A DNA stretch of 32,000 nt from NCBI RefSeq assembly GCF_000017305.1, contig NC_009664.2, positions 1,860,001 to 1,892,000 of the forward strand, in the 5' to 3' direction. The DNA comes from Kineococcus radiotolerans SRS30216 = ATCC BAA-149. Its GTDB lineage: Bacteria; Actinomycetota; Actinomycetes; Actinomycetales; Kineococcaceae. A model generated the notes under the pieces. The model was not told where the DNA came from. It saw only the letters and a program-made list of their open reading frames with translations, and made no database searches. A program made the translations under genes and the position numbers. Shown piece by piece: positions 18,113 to 28,754 of the stretch (position 1 is the first letter of the stretch; every line of letters begins with the position of its first letter).

Positions 18113-19135
18113 TCAGGTGACGGGCCGCCAGCGCGAGAGCAGGGCCCGGTGGTCGCTGCCGGGGACGTCCTCGACCCGCGAACCCACCGCGCGCCAGGCG
18201 TTCCCGTCGGCGAGGGCGTGGTCGATGGTCGCGCCCAGCGGCGCCGGGACCCGCGCCGGCCACGTCCCGCGCGCGCCGGTGCCGGTCTGCGCCCCGGCGT
18301 CCACGCAGGAGCCCCGCAGCCGCAGCCCCGGGTGGTCCAGCGTCGCGTTGAGGTCCCCGGCGACGATGGCGCCGGGGGTGGCCGCGCACCAGTCCGCGAC
18401 GGCCCGCACCTCCACCGCCCAGGGCTCCAGCAGGTCCGGCACGGGCGCCGCGGTGTGCGCGGCGGCCAGCACCGGACCCGTCCCCGAGACCGGTGCGGCG
18501 GTCACCACGGCCTTCACCCCGTCGGTGAGCTCACCCGTCGCGCGGTACTCCCCCAGGCGCGCGGAGACCAGCAGTGCCGTCCCGAACCGGCTGCGGCCGC
18601 GGTCGCGGAGGTGGAAGACCTGCACCGGGGTGCCGGTGGCGGCCTCGACGCGGGCGGCGAGGTCCTCGGCCAGGGCGAGGTCGGACTCCGGCAGCGAGAC
18701 GACGTCGGCGCCGCCGTCGACGACGAGGCGGGTCAGGGCGGCCGGGTCGGCCTGCCCGTGCAGGACGTTGGCGGCGAGGACGGTGACGTCGCCGGCGCGG
18801 GCGGGGGGCAGCTCGCCCGCGGAGAGGCCGCGGACGCCGGTGGTCGCCAGCGAGCCCGCGGCGACGACCGCGAGCGCGAGCGCCGGGGGCAGCACCCGCC
18901 GCCAGCGCAGACCGGCGAGGCCCACGAGGGCGGCGAGCCCGCCCAGCCCGGCGGCGGTGGCCAGGCGGAACGGCACGCTCCACACGAAGGGGCGGGAACC
19001 GGCGAGCCCGAACAGGTCCGGGGCACCCACGACCGCCGCCCCGGCGGCGACGACGCCGGTGGCGACCACCGTCCCGGCGAGGGCGGCCGGCCGGCGGGGT
19101 CGCGGGGATCGCTGCACGTCCCGAGCGTGCCGCAC
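18113..19135 (-). CDS. Endonuclease/exonuclease/phosphatase (EEP) family protein with N-terminal TM segments
   Basis: 340-aa ORF. Hydrophobic N-terminus, then VLAANVLHGQAD...GADVVSLPE, GDLNATLDH and GSDHRAL, which are typical EEP motifs. Confidence 0.82.
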   Translation of the reverse strand: MRHARDVQRSPRPRRPAALAGTVVATGVVAAGAAVVGAPDLFGLAGSRPFVWSVPFRLATAAGLGGLAALVGLAGLRWRRVLPPALALAVVAAGSLATTGVRGLSAGELPPARAGDVTVLAANVLHGQADPAALTRLVVDGGADVVSLPESDLALAEDLAARVEAATGTPVQVFHLRDRGRSRFGTALLVSARLGEYRATGELTDGVKAVVTAAPVSGTGPVLAAAHTAAPVPDLLEPWAVEVRAVADWCAATPGAIVAGDLNATLDHPGLRLRGSCVDAGAQTGTGARGTWPARVPAPLGATIDHALADGNAWRAVGSRVEDVPGSDHRALLSRWRPVT

Positions 19136-19196
19136 CCCCGCCCCCCGGGGAGGGCGGGGGCGCGGGGGTGCGGTGGAGATCGCGTGCGGGTGGTGC

Positions 19197-21161
<1,965 letters not shown>

Positions 21162-21402
21162 GCTCGTCCTCCTCGACGGACTGCTCGTCCACTGCGTACG
21201 CGGGTGAGGCTAGCCACCTCCCGTCCCGTCCGCGTCGCGACGCGGCCGCGGACCGGCGGCGGGCGGGGGCTCGCGGTGCGCCGCACCCGATCCGGCGGCG
21301 GGGAGGCCCCGGGCGCGGGGATCGCGACCGGCTCCCGCGGGGGGCCCGCGCAGCGGTACGGTGCAGCGACCGCGCACCGCGCGGCGTGGACGAGGAGTTG
21401 TC

Positions 21403-22404
21403 GTGGCCACCATCGTGGACGTCGCCGCAGCGGCGGGCGTGTCGACGAGCACCGTCTCGTACGTGCTCAGCGGCAAGCGGACGATCTCACCGGCCACGCG
21501 CTCGCGCGTGCACCGGGCCATCGCGGAACTGGGCTACCGCCCGCACGCCGGGGCGCGGGCCCTGGCGTCCAACCGCACCGACGTCATCGGTCTCGTCGCC
21601 CCGCTGCGCGAGGACGTCGACGTCAACGTCATCATGCAGTTCGTGCGGTCGGTGACCACGACCGCGCGCGGGCACGACCTCGACGTGCTGCTGCTGACCA
21701 AGGAGGAGGACGCCGGCCTGCGCCGGGTCAGCGCCGGGTCGCTGGTGGACGGCCTGCTGGTCATGGACATCGAGGCCGACGACCCGCGCGTCGAGGTGCT
21801 GACCGGGCTGGACCGGCCCACCGTGCTCATCGGGGTGCCGCGCGACCCCCGCGGCCTGAGCTGCGTCGACTTCGACTTCGTCGGCGCCGCGCGCACGGTC
21901 GTGACGCACCTGAGCGCGCTGGGGCACCGGCGGATCGCGTTCCTGGCCTCCCCGCCGCGGGCGCTGGACCGCCACGCCGGCTACGCCGAGCGGGTGCGCG
22001 ACGGGTTCCTCGACGCGGCGCGCGCGGCGGGGGTGGAGGCGGTGCACCAGCCGTGCGAACCGGGGCCGGCCGGGGTCCGGCGCGCCCTGGACGCGGTGCG
22101 CGCCGGGCTGCCCGGGGTGGGCGCGCTGGTGGTCCACAACGAGGCCGCGCTGCCGGCCCTGCTGGCGCTGCTGGCCGAGGAAGGCCTCTCGGTGCCCGGC
22201 GACGTCTCCATCGTCACCATCGCGGCCAGCGCCGGCGACGAGCTGCCCCGGCCGCTGACCTCGCTGACCGTGCCCGTCCCGGAGATCGGGCGGACCGCGG
22301 TGGAGATGCTGGTGGCCCGCATCGGCGGCGAGCGCACCGCGGAGACGCGGTTGCTGGGCGCCCGCCTGGAGGACCGCGGCAGCACGGCGGCGCCCCGGGG
22401 GTGA
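21403..22404 (+). CDS. LacI-family transcriptional regulator
   Basis: GTG 21403 lies 5 nt after GAGGAG, inside ORF 21361..22404. HTH ATIVDVAAAAGVSTSTVSYVLSG followed by a periplasmic-binding-protein-like sugar-binding core. Confidence 0.92.
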   Translation: MATIVDVAAAAGVSTSTVSYVLSGKRTISPATRSRVHRAIAELGYRPHAGARALASNRTDVIGLVAPLREDVDVNVIMQFVRSVTTTARGHDLDVLLLTKEEDAGLRRVSAGSLVDGLLVMDIEADDPRVEVLTGLDRPTVLIGVPRDPRGLSCVDFDFVGAARTVVTHLSALGHRRIAFLASPPRALDRHAGYAERVRDGFLDAARAAGVEAVHQPCEPGPAGVRRALDAVRAGLPGVGALVVHNEAALPALLALLAEEGLSVPGDVSIVTIAASAGDELPRPLTSLTVPVPEIGRTAVEMLVARIGGERTAETRLLGARLEDRGSTAAPRG

Positions 22405-22429
22405 CCCGCGGGGCGCCGCCGCGCGCCGG

Positions 22430-24745
22430 TCAGCCCCGCGCGGCGGGGGCGGGCTCGTCGGTGCCGGGCCGGGGGGCGCCGATGCGCACCGGCCCGACCG
22501 CGGCGGGGTCCGGGGCGGCGTCGGGGTCGGGCACGACGACCAGGCGCCAGTCGCGGGAGGAACCGGACACCAGCTCCGCCGCGGTCCGGCCCCCGCGGGT
22601 GCGGACCTCGAACACGGCGGGCTCCCCGCCGCCGGGGGCGGGCACCGCGACGCGGCGCACGTCGCCCTCGGAGGGGGCGAACACCCGCAGCTCCACCCCG
22701 TCGTTCCAGGCGTACTCCGGCCCGTCGGCGTGCGCCCCGACGGGCACGACGGCCCCCGGGCGCACCAGCAGCGGCACCTCGTCGACGGCCACCCGCCGCC
22801 GCACCCAGCGCCCGCCGCGCACCCGCCGCCCGGTGGCGAACTCCGTCCACCACCCCTCGGGCAGGTAGTAGCTCACCTCCCCGTCGGCGGAGAACACCGG
22901 GGCCACGAGCAGGTCCGGGCCCAGCAGGTACTGCCGGTCGCACACCACGGCCGCGGGATCGTCGGGGAACTCCAGCACCATCGGGCGCATGATCGGCACG
23001 CCGGTGGTGGCGGCCTCCTCCGCCGCGGCGAGCAGGTACGGCACCAGGCGCATCTTCAGGCGGGTGAAGGTGCGCACGACGTCCACCGACTCCTCGTCGA
23101 TCAGCCACGGCACCCGGTAGGAACCGGAACCGTGCAGGCGCGAGTGCGAGGACAGCAGGCCGAACGCGGCCCACCGCTTGAACACCTCCGGGTCCGGGGA
23201 CCCCTCGAAACCGCCGATGTCGTGGCTCCAGTGCGCGAACCCGGACAGGGCCAGCGAGAGCCCGCCGCGCAGCGACTCCGCCATCGCCGGGAACGTGGAC
23301 TCGCAGTCGCCGCCCCAGTGCACCGGGAACTGCTGACCGCCCGCGGTGGCGGCACGGGCGAACACCACGGCCTCGCCCTCCCCGCGGTGGCGGCGCAGCA
23401 CCTCGAAGACGGCCGCGTTGTAGAGCTGGGCGTACTGGTTGTGCATGAACTCCGGGTCGGAGCCGTCGTGCCAGACGACGTCGGTGGGGATGCGCTCGCC
23501 GAAGTCCGTCTTGAACGCGTCGACGCCCGCGTCGAGCAGCGCCTGCAGCTTGGACTGGAACCAGGCGGTCGCGGCGGGGCTGGTGAAGTCCACCAGCGCC
23601 ATGCCCGCCTGCCACATGTCCCACTGCCACACGCTGCCGTCGGCGCGGCGCACGAGGTGCCCCAGCCGCGCCCCCTCGTCGAAGAGGTGCGAGCGCTGGG
23701 CGACGTAGGGGTTGATCCACAGGCTGGTGCGCAGGCCCCGCTCGCGCAGCCGGGCGAGCATCCCCTCCGGGTCGGGGAAGGTGGCGGGGTCCCAGACGAA
23801 GTCGCACCAGTGGTAGGCGCGCATCCAGAAGCAGTCGAAGTGGAACACCGACAGCGGGATGTCCCGCTCGGCCATGCCCTGCACGAACGACGTGACGGTC
23901 GCCTCGTCGTAGTCGGTCGTGAACGACGTGGACAGCCACAGCCCCAGCGACCAGGCCGGCACCCGGGGGGCGCGGCCGGTGAGGGCCGTGTAGCGGCGCA
24001 GGACGTCCTTGGGGCTGGGCCCGTGGATGACGTAGTACGTCAGCCGCTGGCCCTCGACGGAGAACTGGTTGCGCGAGACCGCCTCGGACCCCATCTCGAA
24101 CGACACCAGGCCGGGGTGGTCGACGAAGACGCCGTAGCCGGCGTCGGTGAGGTAGAACGGCACGTTCTTGTAGGCCTGCTCGCTGCTGGTGCCGCCGTCG
24201 GCGTTCCAGACGTCGACGGACTGGCCGTTCTTGACGAAGGCGCCGAACCGCTCCCCCAGGCCGAAGGAGTGCTCCCCGACGGCCTGCTCGAGCTGCTCGT
24301 GCACGAACGTGCGGCCCTGCGCGTCGGTGACGACGCCGACGCTGCGGTCGGCCGAACCCGTCAGGCGGCGCCCCCCGGCGAGGAAGTCCAGCGCCCAGGG
24401 CCCCTCCCGGCGAACCCGCGCCGTCAGCCCCCCGGAGGTGAGGCTGGCCCCGCGCTCGTCGACGACGGTGACGACGTCGACGGGTTCGCGCGTCAGGGCG
24501 AACCGCGGCCCGCGCTCCACGCCGCCGCGGAAGTGCTCGATCGTCACGCCGATGACGTCGGGCGCGGGGGAGGTGAGCGTGACGGTGATGAGCGCCTGGT
24601 TCAGGGTGTCGCCGCGGCCGTCGCCGGGCCGGGTCCGGGCGAACACGCGCAGCGCGTCGCCGAGGTCCTCCACGTCGTCGACGGCGCGCGGGCGCAGGGC
24701 CTGCAACCCCGGACGCAGCATCCAGTACCCGTCGGTGAACTTCAC
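22430..24745 (-). CDS. GH31 glycoside hydrolase, YicI-type alpha-xylosidase
   Basis: C-terminal 771 codons of ORF 22430..26782. GTG 24745 is preceded by GGAGGAG and overlaps the GH42 stop (GTGA). The N-terminus VKFTDGYWMLRPGLQAL resembles E. coli YicI. The nucleophile context is FKTDFGERIP and the acid/base context is HWGGDC. The size (771 aa) matches YicI. Confidence 0.9.
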   Translation of the reverse strand: MKFTDGYWMLRPGLQALRPRAVDDVEDLGDALRVFARTRPGDGRGDTLNQALITVTLTSPAPDVIGVTIEHFRGGVERGPRFALTREPVDVVTVVDERGASLTSGGLTARVRREGPWALDFLAGGRRLTGSADRSVGVVTDAQGRTFVHEQLEQAVGEHSFGLGERFGAFVKNGQSVDVWNADGGTSSEQAYKNVPFYLTDAGYGVFVDHPGLVSFEMGSEAVSRNQFSVEGQRLTYYVIHGPSPKDVLRRYTALTGRAPRVPAWSLGLWLSTSFTTDYDEATVTSFVQGMAERDIPLSVFHFDCFWMRAYHWCDFVWDPATFPDPEGMLARLRERGLRTSLWINPYVAQRSHLFDEGARLGHLVRRADGSVWQWDMWQAGMALVDFTSPAATAWFQSKLQALLDAGVDAFKTDFGERIPTDVVWHDGSDPEFMHNQYAQLYNAAVFEVLRRHRGEGEAVVFARAATAGGQQFPVHWGGDCESTFPAMAESLRGGLSLALSGFAHWSHDIGGFEGSPDPEVFKRWAAFGLLSSHSRLHGSGSYRVPWLIDEESVDVVRTFTRLKMRLVPYLLAAAEEAATTGVPIMRPMVLEFPDDPAAVVCDRQYLLGPDLLVAPVFSADGEVSYYLPEGWWTEFATGRRVRGGRWVRRRVAVDEVPLLVRPGAVVPVGAHADGPEYAWNDGVELRVFAPSEGDVRRVAVPAPGGGEPAVFEVRTRGGRTAAELVSGSSRDWRLVVVPDPDAAPDPAAVGPVRIGAPRPGTDEPAPAARG

Positions 24746-26730
24746 GTGCTCTCCTCCACGAGGACGGCGCCCGCACGGGGCGCGAGGACGGTTCGGCCGG
24801 CGAGCGTCTGCCCGCCGACGAGGTCGCGGCGGGCGGTGGCGCCCAGGTCGACGCTCACCGGCCCCCCGGTGTGGTTGAGGACGAACAGGGCCGGGCCGCG
24901 GCGCACGACCTCCACGCCGGCGGGGACACCGTCCAGCTCCCCCGCCAGGCCGGTCTCCGCCAGGCACCGGGCCAGGACGCCGTCCAGGGCGGCCGGCGGC
25001 AGCAGCGCCGAGCAGTACCAGGCGCGGCCGGCGCCGACGGCGTGGCGGGTGACGACCGGCACCCCGTCGAGGTCGCCGCCCGCGTGGGCGGCGAGCACCT
25101 CGGCGCCGTCGCTGCGCACGCGCTCGGCGTAGTCGGCGACGAGGAACTCCCCCAGCTCCCCCGTGCACGGGGAGGGTTCCACCAGGGGGTGGTGCTCCTC
25201 CCCGGAGGCGCCGAGCAGGTCGCGCAGCCGCACCGGGAACCGGCCGGGTTCGACGGCGCCGTCGCGGTCGACGAGGCCGGTGCCGGGACCGACCAGGAGC
25301 GTGCCGCCGGCGCGCACCCACTCCGCCAGCCGCCGGGCGGGGGCGGGTTCGAGCAGGTGCAGAGCCGGCACCACGACGAGCCGGTACGGCTCCAGGGGGT
25401 CGTCCGGGCCGATCACGTCGGTGGTGACGCCGCGGGCGAACAGCGGCTCGTAGTGGGCCAGCAGCTGCTCCTCGACGCGCAGGCGGTCGGTGGGGCGCGC
25501 CGGCCCCCGGGAGGCCCACCAGCTGCTCCAGTCGTGCACGAGGGCGGCGCGCGCCGGCACGGGGGTGCCGGCGACCGCGTCCAGCCGCCCCAGCAGGGCC
25601 CCGAGCTCGCGGACCTCCCGGTGCCGCGCGGTGTCGGGCCCGGCGTGGGGCAGCATCGCGGAGTGGAACTGCTCGCTGCCCGCGCGCGAGGCCCGCCACT
25701 GGAAGAAGCAGACCGCGTCCGCCCCGCGGGCCACGGCCTGCAGGGAGTCGGTCAGCAACCGCCCCGCGGGTTTCGGGGGGTTGTGCGGGCGCCAGTTCAC
25801 CGCCCCGGTGGCCTGCTCCATGAGCAGCCACGGGGCCCCGCCGCCCAGGGACCGCACGAGGTCGTGGGTCAGGGCGGCGAACACGTGCGAGCGGGGGTCG
25901 GCGGGGTCGACGTAGTGGTCGTTGGCGACGACGTCGACCTCGGCCCCCACGGCGCGCCCGTCCACCACGGGCGAGAACCCCATGAGGTTCGTGGTGACCG
26001 GGGCGTCGGAGTGCTCGCGCAGGACGTCGCGCTCGGCGCGGTAGAGCTCCAGCAGCGTGTCGGAGCAGAACCGCTGGAAGTCCAGCAGGTGGGCGGGGTT
26101 GTGCAGGTACGGCGCGGTGCGCGGGGGGACGACCTCCTCCCACCGCCCGTAGCGCTGGCTCCAGAAGGCCGTGCCCCAGGCGGCGTTGAGACCGTCGAGG
26201 TCGCCGTGGCGGGCGGCCAGCCAGGACCGGAAGCGCACCGCGGTCCGCTCGCACCAGCAGGACTGCCCCAGCTCGTTGCCCACGTGCCACAGCTGCACCG
26301 CCGGGTGCCGGCCGTAGCGGCGGGCGAGGTCGCCGGTGATGCTCAGGGCGGCGTCGCGGTACTCCTGCGCGGAGGGGCAGAACTGGTTGCGCGAGCCCCA
26401 GTGCAGGACGGTGCCGGAGGCGTCCACGGGCAGGGTCGCCGGGTGCAGGCGCCCCAGCCACGGCGGGGGCGAGGCCGTGGGGGTGGCGAGGTCCACGCCG
26501 ATGCCGTGGTCGTGGAGGAGGTCCAGGACGGTGTCGAGCCAGCCGAAGTCCCGCTCCCCCGGCCGGGGTTCCAGCGTCGCCCAGCTGAACACCCCGACGG
26601 TGACGAGGTCGACCCCGGCGCGGCGCATGAGGTCGACGTCCTCGCGCCACGTCGCCTCGTCCCACTGCTCGGGGTTGTAGTCCCCGCCGAAGCGCAGGGT
26701 CGGCGGGCGGCGCACCGCGTGGTCGGTCAC
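24742..26730 (-). CDS. GH42 beta-galactosidase
   Basis: 662-aa ORF; GTG 26730 is preceded by GAGGAG. GGDYNPEQW, VFSWATLEP, WHVGNELG (acid/base Glu context), LMEQATGAVNW (nucleophile Glu context) and a C-terminal trimerisation-type domain. Confidence 0.92.
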   Translation of the reverse strand: MTDHAVRRPPTLRFGGDYNPEQWDEATWREDVDLMRRAGVDLVTVGVFSWATLEPRPGERDFGWLDTVLDLLHDHGIGVDLATPTASPPPWLGRLHPATLPVDASGTVLHWGSRNQFCPSAQEYRDAALSITGDLARRYGRHPAVQLWHVGNELGQSCWCERTAVRFRSWLAARHGDLDGLNAAWGTAFWSQRYGRWEEVVPPRTAPYLHNPAHLLDFQRFCSDTLLELYRAERDVLREHSDAPVTTNLMGFSPVVDGRAVGAEVDVVANDHYVDPADPRSHVFAALTHDLVRSLGGGAPWLLMEQATGAVNWRPHNPPKPAGRLLTDSLQAVARGADAVCFFQWRASRAGSEQFHSAMLPHAGPDTARHREVRELGALLGRLDAVAGTPVPARAALVHDWSSWWASRGPARPTDRLRVEEQLLAHYEPLFARGVTTDVIGPDDPLEPYRLVVVPALHLLEPAPARRLAEWVRAGGTLLVGPGTGLVDRDGAVEPGRFPVRLRDLLGASGEEHHPLVEPSPCTGELGEFLVADYAERVRSDGAEVLAAHAGGDLDGVPVVTRHAVGAGRAWYCSALLPPAALDGVLARCLAETGLAGELDGVPAGVEVVRRGPALFVLNHTGGPVSVDLGATARRDLVGGQTLAGRTVLAPRAGAVLVEEST

Positions 26731-26746
26731 GAGTCTCCTCTGGCTG

Positions 26747-26762
26747 CGCCCCCCGGGGGGCG
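26747..26762. repeat. Perfect 16-bp G/C palindrome CGCCCCCCGGGGGGCG in the permease-GH42 intercistronic gap
   Basis: Read directly. It lies in the 82-bp gap between the permease stop (26813) and the GH42 start (26730). Confidence 0.7.
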
Positions 26763-26812
26763 TGGACGGGTGGGTCGGGCACCCGGGGGCCCGGTGCGCG
26801 GGGGGGGCGGCC

Positions 26813-27760
26813 TCAGCCCTTGACGGCGCCGATCATCACGCCGGAGCTGAAGTGCTTCTGCACGAACGGGTACACCAGGAGCACCGGGACGATGGCGATG
26901 ACCACGACGGCCATCTGCACGGCCAGGCTCGCGACCTGCCCCGAGCCGACGTCGAGGGCGCCGGGGACGTCCACGCCCTGCAGCACGAAGGAGCGCAGGA
27001 CCACCTGCAGCGGCTGCTTGGTGGAGTCGTTGATGTACAGCGTCGCCTGGAAGAACGCGTTCCAGTAGCCGACGGCGTAGAACAGCGCGATGACCGCGGT
27101 GACGGCCTTCGACATCGGCAGCACGATCCGGGTGAGGATGCGCCAGTCCCCGGCCCCGTCGATGCGCGCGGAGTCGATGAGCGAGGCGTCGATGCCGGTG
27201 AAGAACCCGCGCAGCAGCAGGACGTTGAACGCCGACACCGCCGTGGGCAGGATCAGCGACCAGTAGCTGTCGATGAGCCCGAGGTTGCTGACCAGCAGGT
27301 AGGTCGGGATCATCCCGGCGCCGAAGAACATGGTGATGAGCAGGGTGAACAGGATCGTGCGGTGCCCGTAGGACCCCGGGCGGGAGAGCCCGTAGGCGCC
27401 CAGCACGGACACGACCATGCTCACCGCGGTGCCCACCGTCGTGATGCCGACGCTGACCAGGACGGCGCGGGTGACGACCCCGCCGCTGAGGACCTGGCGG
27501 TAGGCGTCCAGCGTGATCTCGCCGGGCACCAGGACCAGCCCGCCCGCCCTCGTGATGGTGTCCTGGGTGGAGAGGCTGGTCAGCAGCACGGTGTACAGCG
27601 GCACCAGCACGGCGGCGCAGATGAGCACCAGGGCCAGGCCCTTGAGGCCCTGGCCGACGGCGGTGGGTTCCTCGTCCCACGGCGGGCGGGTGGAGGTGCG
27701 CGCGCGCAGCCTCTCCTCGGGGATCGGTGCGGCCCCGTTGACGTCCTCGGTGACGCTCAT
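26813..27760 (-). CDS. Carbohydrate ABC transporter permease (CUT1, LplC/MalG-like)
   Basis: C-terminal 315 codons of ORF 26813..28618. ATG 27760 overlaps the upstream permease stop (ATGA). Six hydrophobic segments and the EAA-type loop IDSARIDGAGDWRILTRIVLPMSK. Confidence 0.9.
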   Translation of the reverse strand: MSVTEDVNGAAPIPEERLRARTSTRPPWDEEPTAVGQGLKGLALVLICAAVLVPLYTVLLTSLSTQDTITRAGGLVLVPGEITLDAYRQVLSGGVVTRAVLVSVGITTVGTAVSMVVSVLGAYGLSRPGSYGHRTILFTLLITMFFGAGMIPTYLLVSNLGLIDSYWSLILPTAVSAFNVLLLRGFFTGIDASLIDSARIDGAGDWRILTRIVLPMSKAVTAVIALFYAVGYWNAFFQATLYINDSTKQPLQVVLRSFVLQGVDVPGALDVGSGQVASLAVQMAVVVIAIVPVLLVYPFVQKHFSSGVMIGAVKG

Positions 27761-28752
27761 CGCTTCGAGTACACCCCCTGCTCGCCGAACACGTGCGCGA
27801 CCTTGTTGGCGGCCAGGACCAGGAACAGGCTGACGACGCCCTTGACCAGACCCGCGGCCGCCGCGTAGCTCCAGTCGCCGTTGCGGACCCCGCGGTAGTA
27901 GACGAACGTGTCCAGGACCTCCGCCACGCCCTGCCCGACGGCGTCGCGCTGCAGGATGAGCTGCTCGAAGCCGACGGTGAGGGAGTCCCCCAGGCGCAGG
28001 ATGAGCAGCAGCACGATGACGGGTTTCAGCGCCGGCAGGGTGATGTGCCAGATGCGCCGCCACCGGTTCGCGCCGTCCATCGCCGCGGCCTCGTAGAGGG
28101 CGGGGTCCACCGCGGCCAGGGCCGCGAGGAACACGATGATCCCCCAGCCGGCGTCCTTCCAGACGGCCTGGGAGGTGATGAGGAACAGGAACGTGTCGGG
28201 GTTGGTGACGATGTCGACGCCGGAGAACCCCGCGGCCTCCAGGACGCGGTTGAGCAGCCCCGCCCCGCCGAGGACCTGCTGGAAGATCGAGACGACCAGC
28301 ACCCAGGAGAAGAAGTGCGGCAGGTACACGATCGACTGCACGGTGACCCGGACCCGGCTGCTGAGCACGCTGTTGAGCAGCAGGGCCAGCGCGATGGGCA
28401 CGGGGAAGAAGAACACCAGCTGGAAGGCGGTGATCGTCAGCGTGTTGCGCACCGCGGACCAGAACGAGGGGTCGGCGAACACGCGCTCGAAGTTCGCCCA
28501 GCCCACGAACGGGCTGGCGCGGACGCCGGTGAACGGGGAGTAGTCCTGCCAGGCGACGACGTTGCCCGCCATCGGCACGTAGGCGAAGACCAGCAGCAGG
28601 CCCACCATGGGCAGGCACATGAGCAGCAGCGAGCGGTCCCGGCGCAACCGCGTCAGGTGCCCGAGCCGGTTGCGGGGCGGACGGGCGGGCGGGTGCGGCG
28701 GCACCGCACCCACCTGCTCCTCCCCCGTCCGCTCCACGCGGGTGGACGCCAC
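27757..28752 (-). CDS. Carbohydrate ABC transporter permease (CUT1, LplB/MalF-like)
   Basis: Part of ORF 27757..30567. GTG 28752 lies 2 nt after the SBP stop. LTRLRRDRSLLLMCLPMVGLLLVFAYVPMAGNVVAWQDY is typical of LplB-type permeases. EAA loop YEAAAMDGANRWRRIWHITLPALKP. The start is moderately uncertain. Confidence 0.88.
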   Translation of the reverse strand: MASTRVERTGEEQVGAVPPHPPARPPRNRLGHLTRLRRDRSLLLMCLPMVGLLLVFAYVPMAGNVVAWQDYSPFTGVRASPFVGWANFERVFADPSFWSAVRNTLTITAFQLVFFFPVPIALALLLNSVLSSRVRVTVQSIVYLPHFFSWVLVVSIFQQVLGGAGLLNRVLEAAGFSGVDIVTNPDTFLFLITSQAVWKDAGWGIIVFLAALAAVDPALYEAAAMDGANRWRRIWHITLPALKPVIVLLLILRLGDSLTVGFEQLILQRDAVGQGVAEVLDTFVYYRGVRNGDWSYAAAAGLVKGVVSLFLVLAANKVAHVFGEQGVYSKR

Positions 28753-28754
28753 GG

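Noticed and set aside
21231-21244. 14-bp perfect palindrome CGCGTCGCGACGCG in the acs/lacI divergent region as an operator
   Set aside because: It consists purely of CG repeats, a kind of palindrome expected by chance in about 74% GC DNA. It does not resemble the TCGAAGC half-site found at the sugar locus, and nothing else supports it.
24746-26782. N-terminal 679 residues of the 1450-aa minus-strand ORF 22430..26782, which would make one giant GH31 fusion
   Set aside because: That part is an out-of-frame reading of the GH42 gene and is R/P/G-rich. The YicI-like sequence begins exactly at GTG 24745, which has a GGAGGAG ribosome-binding site and overlaps the GH42 stop.
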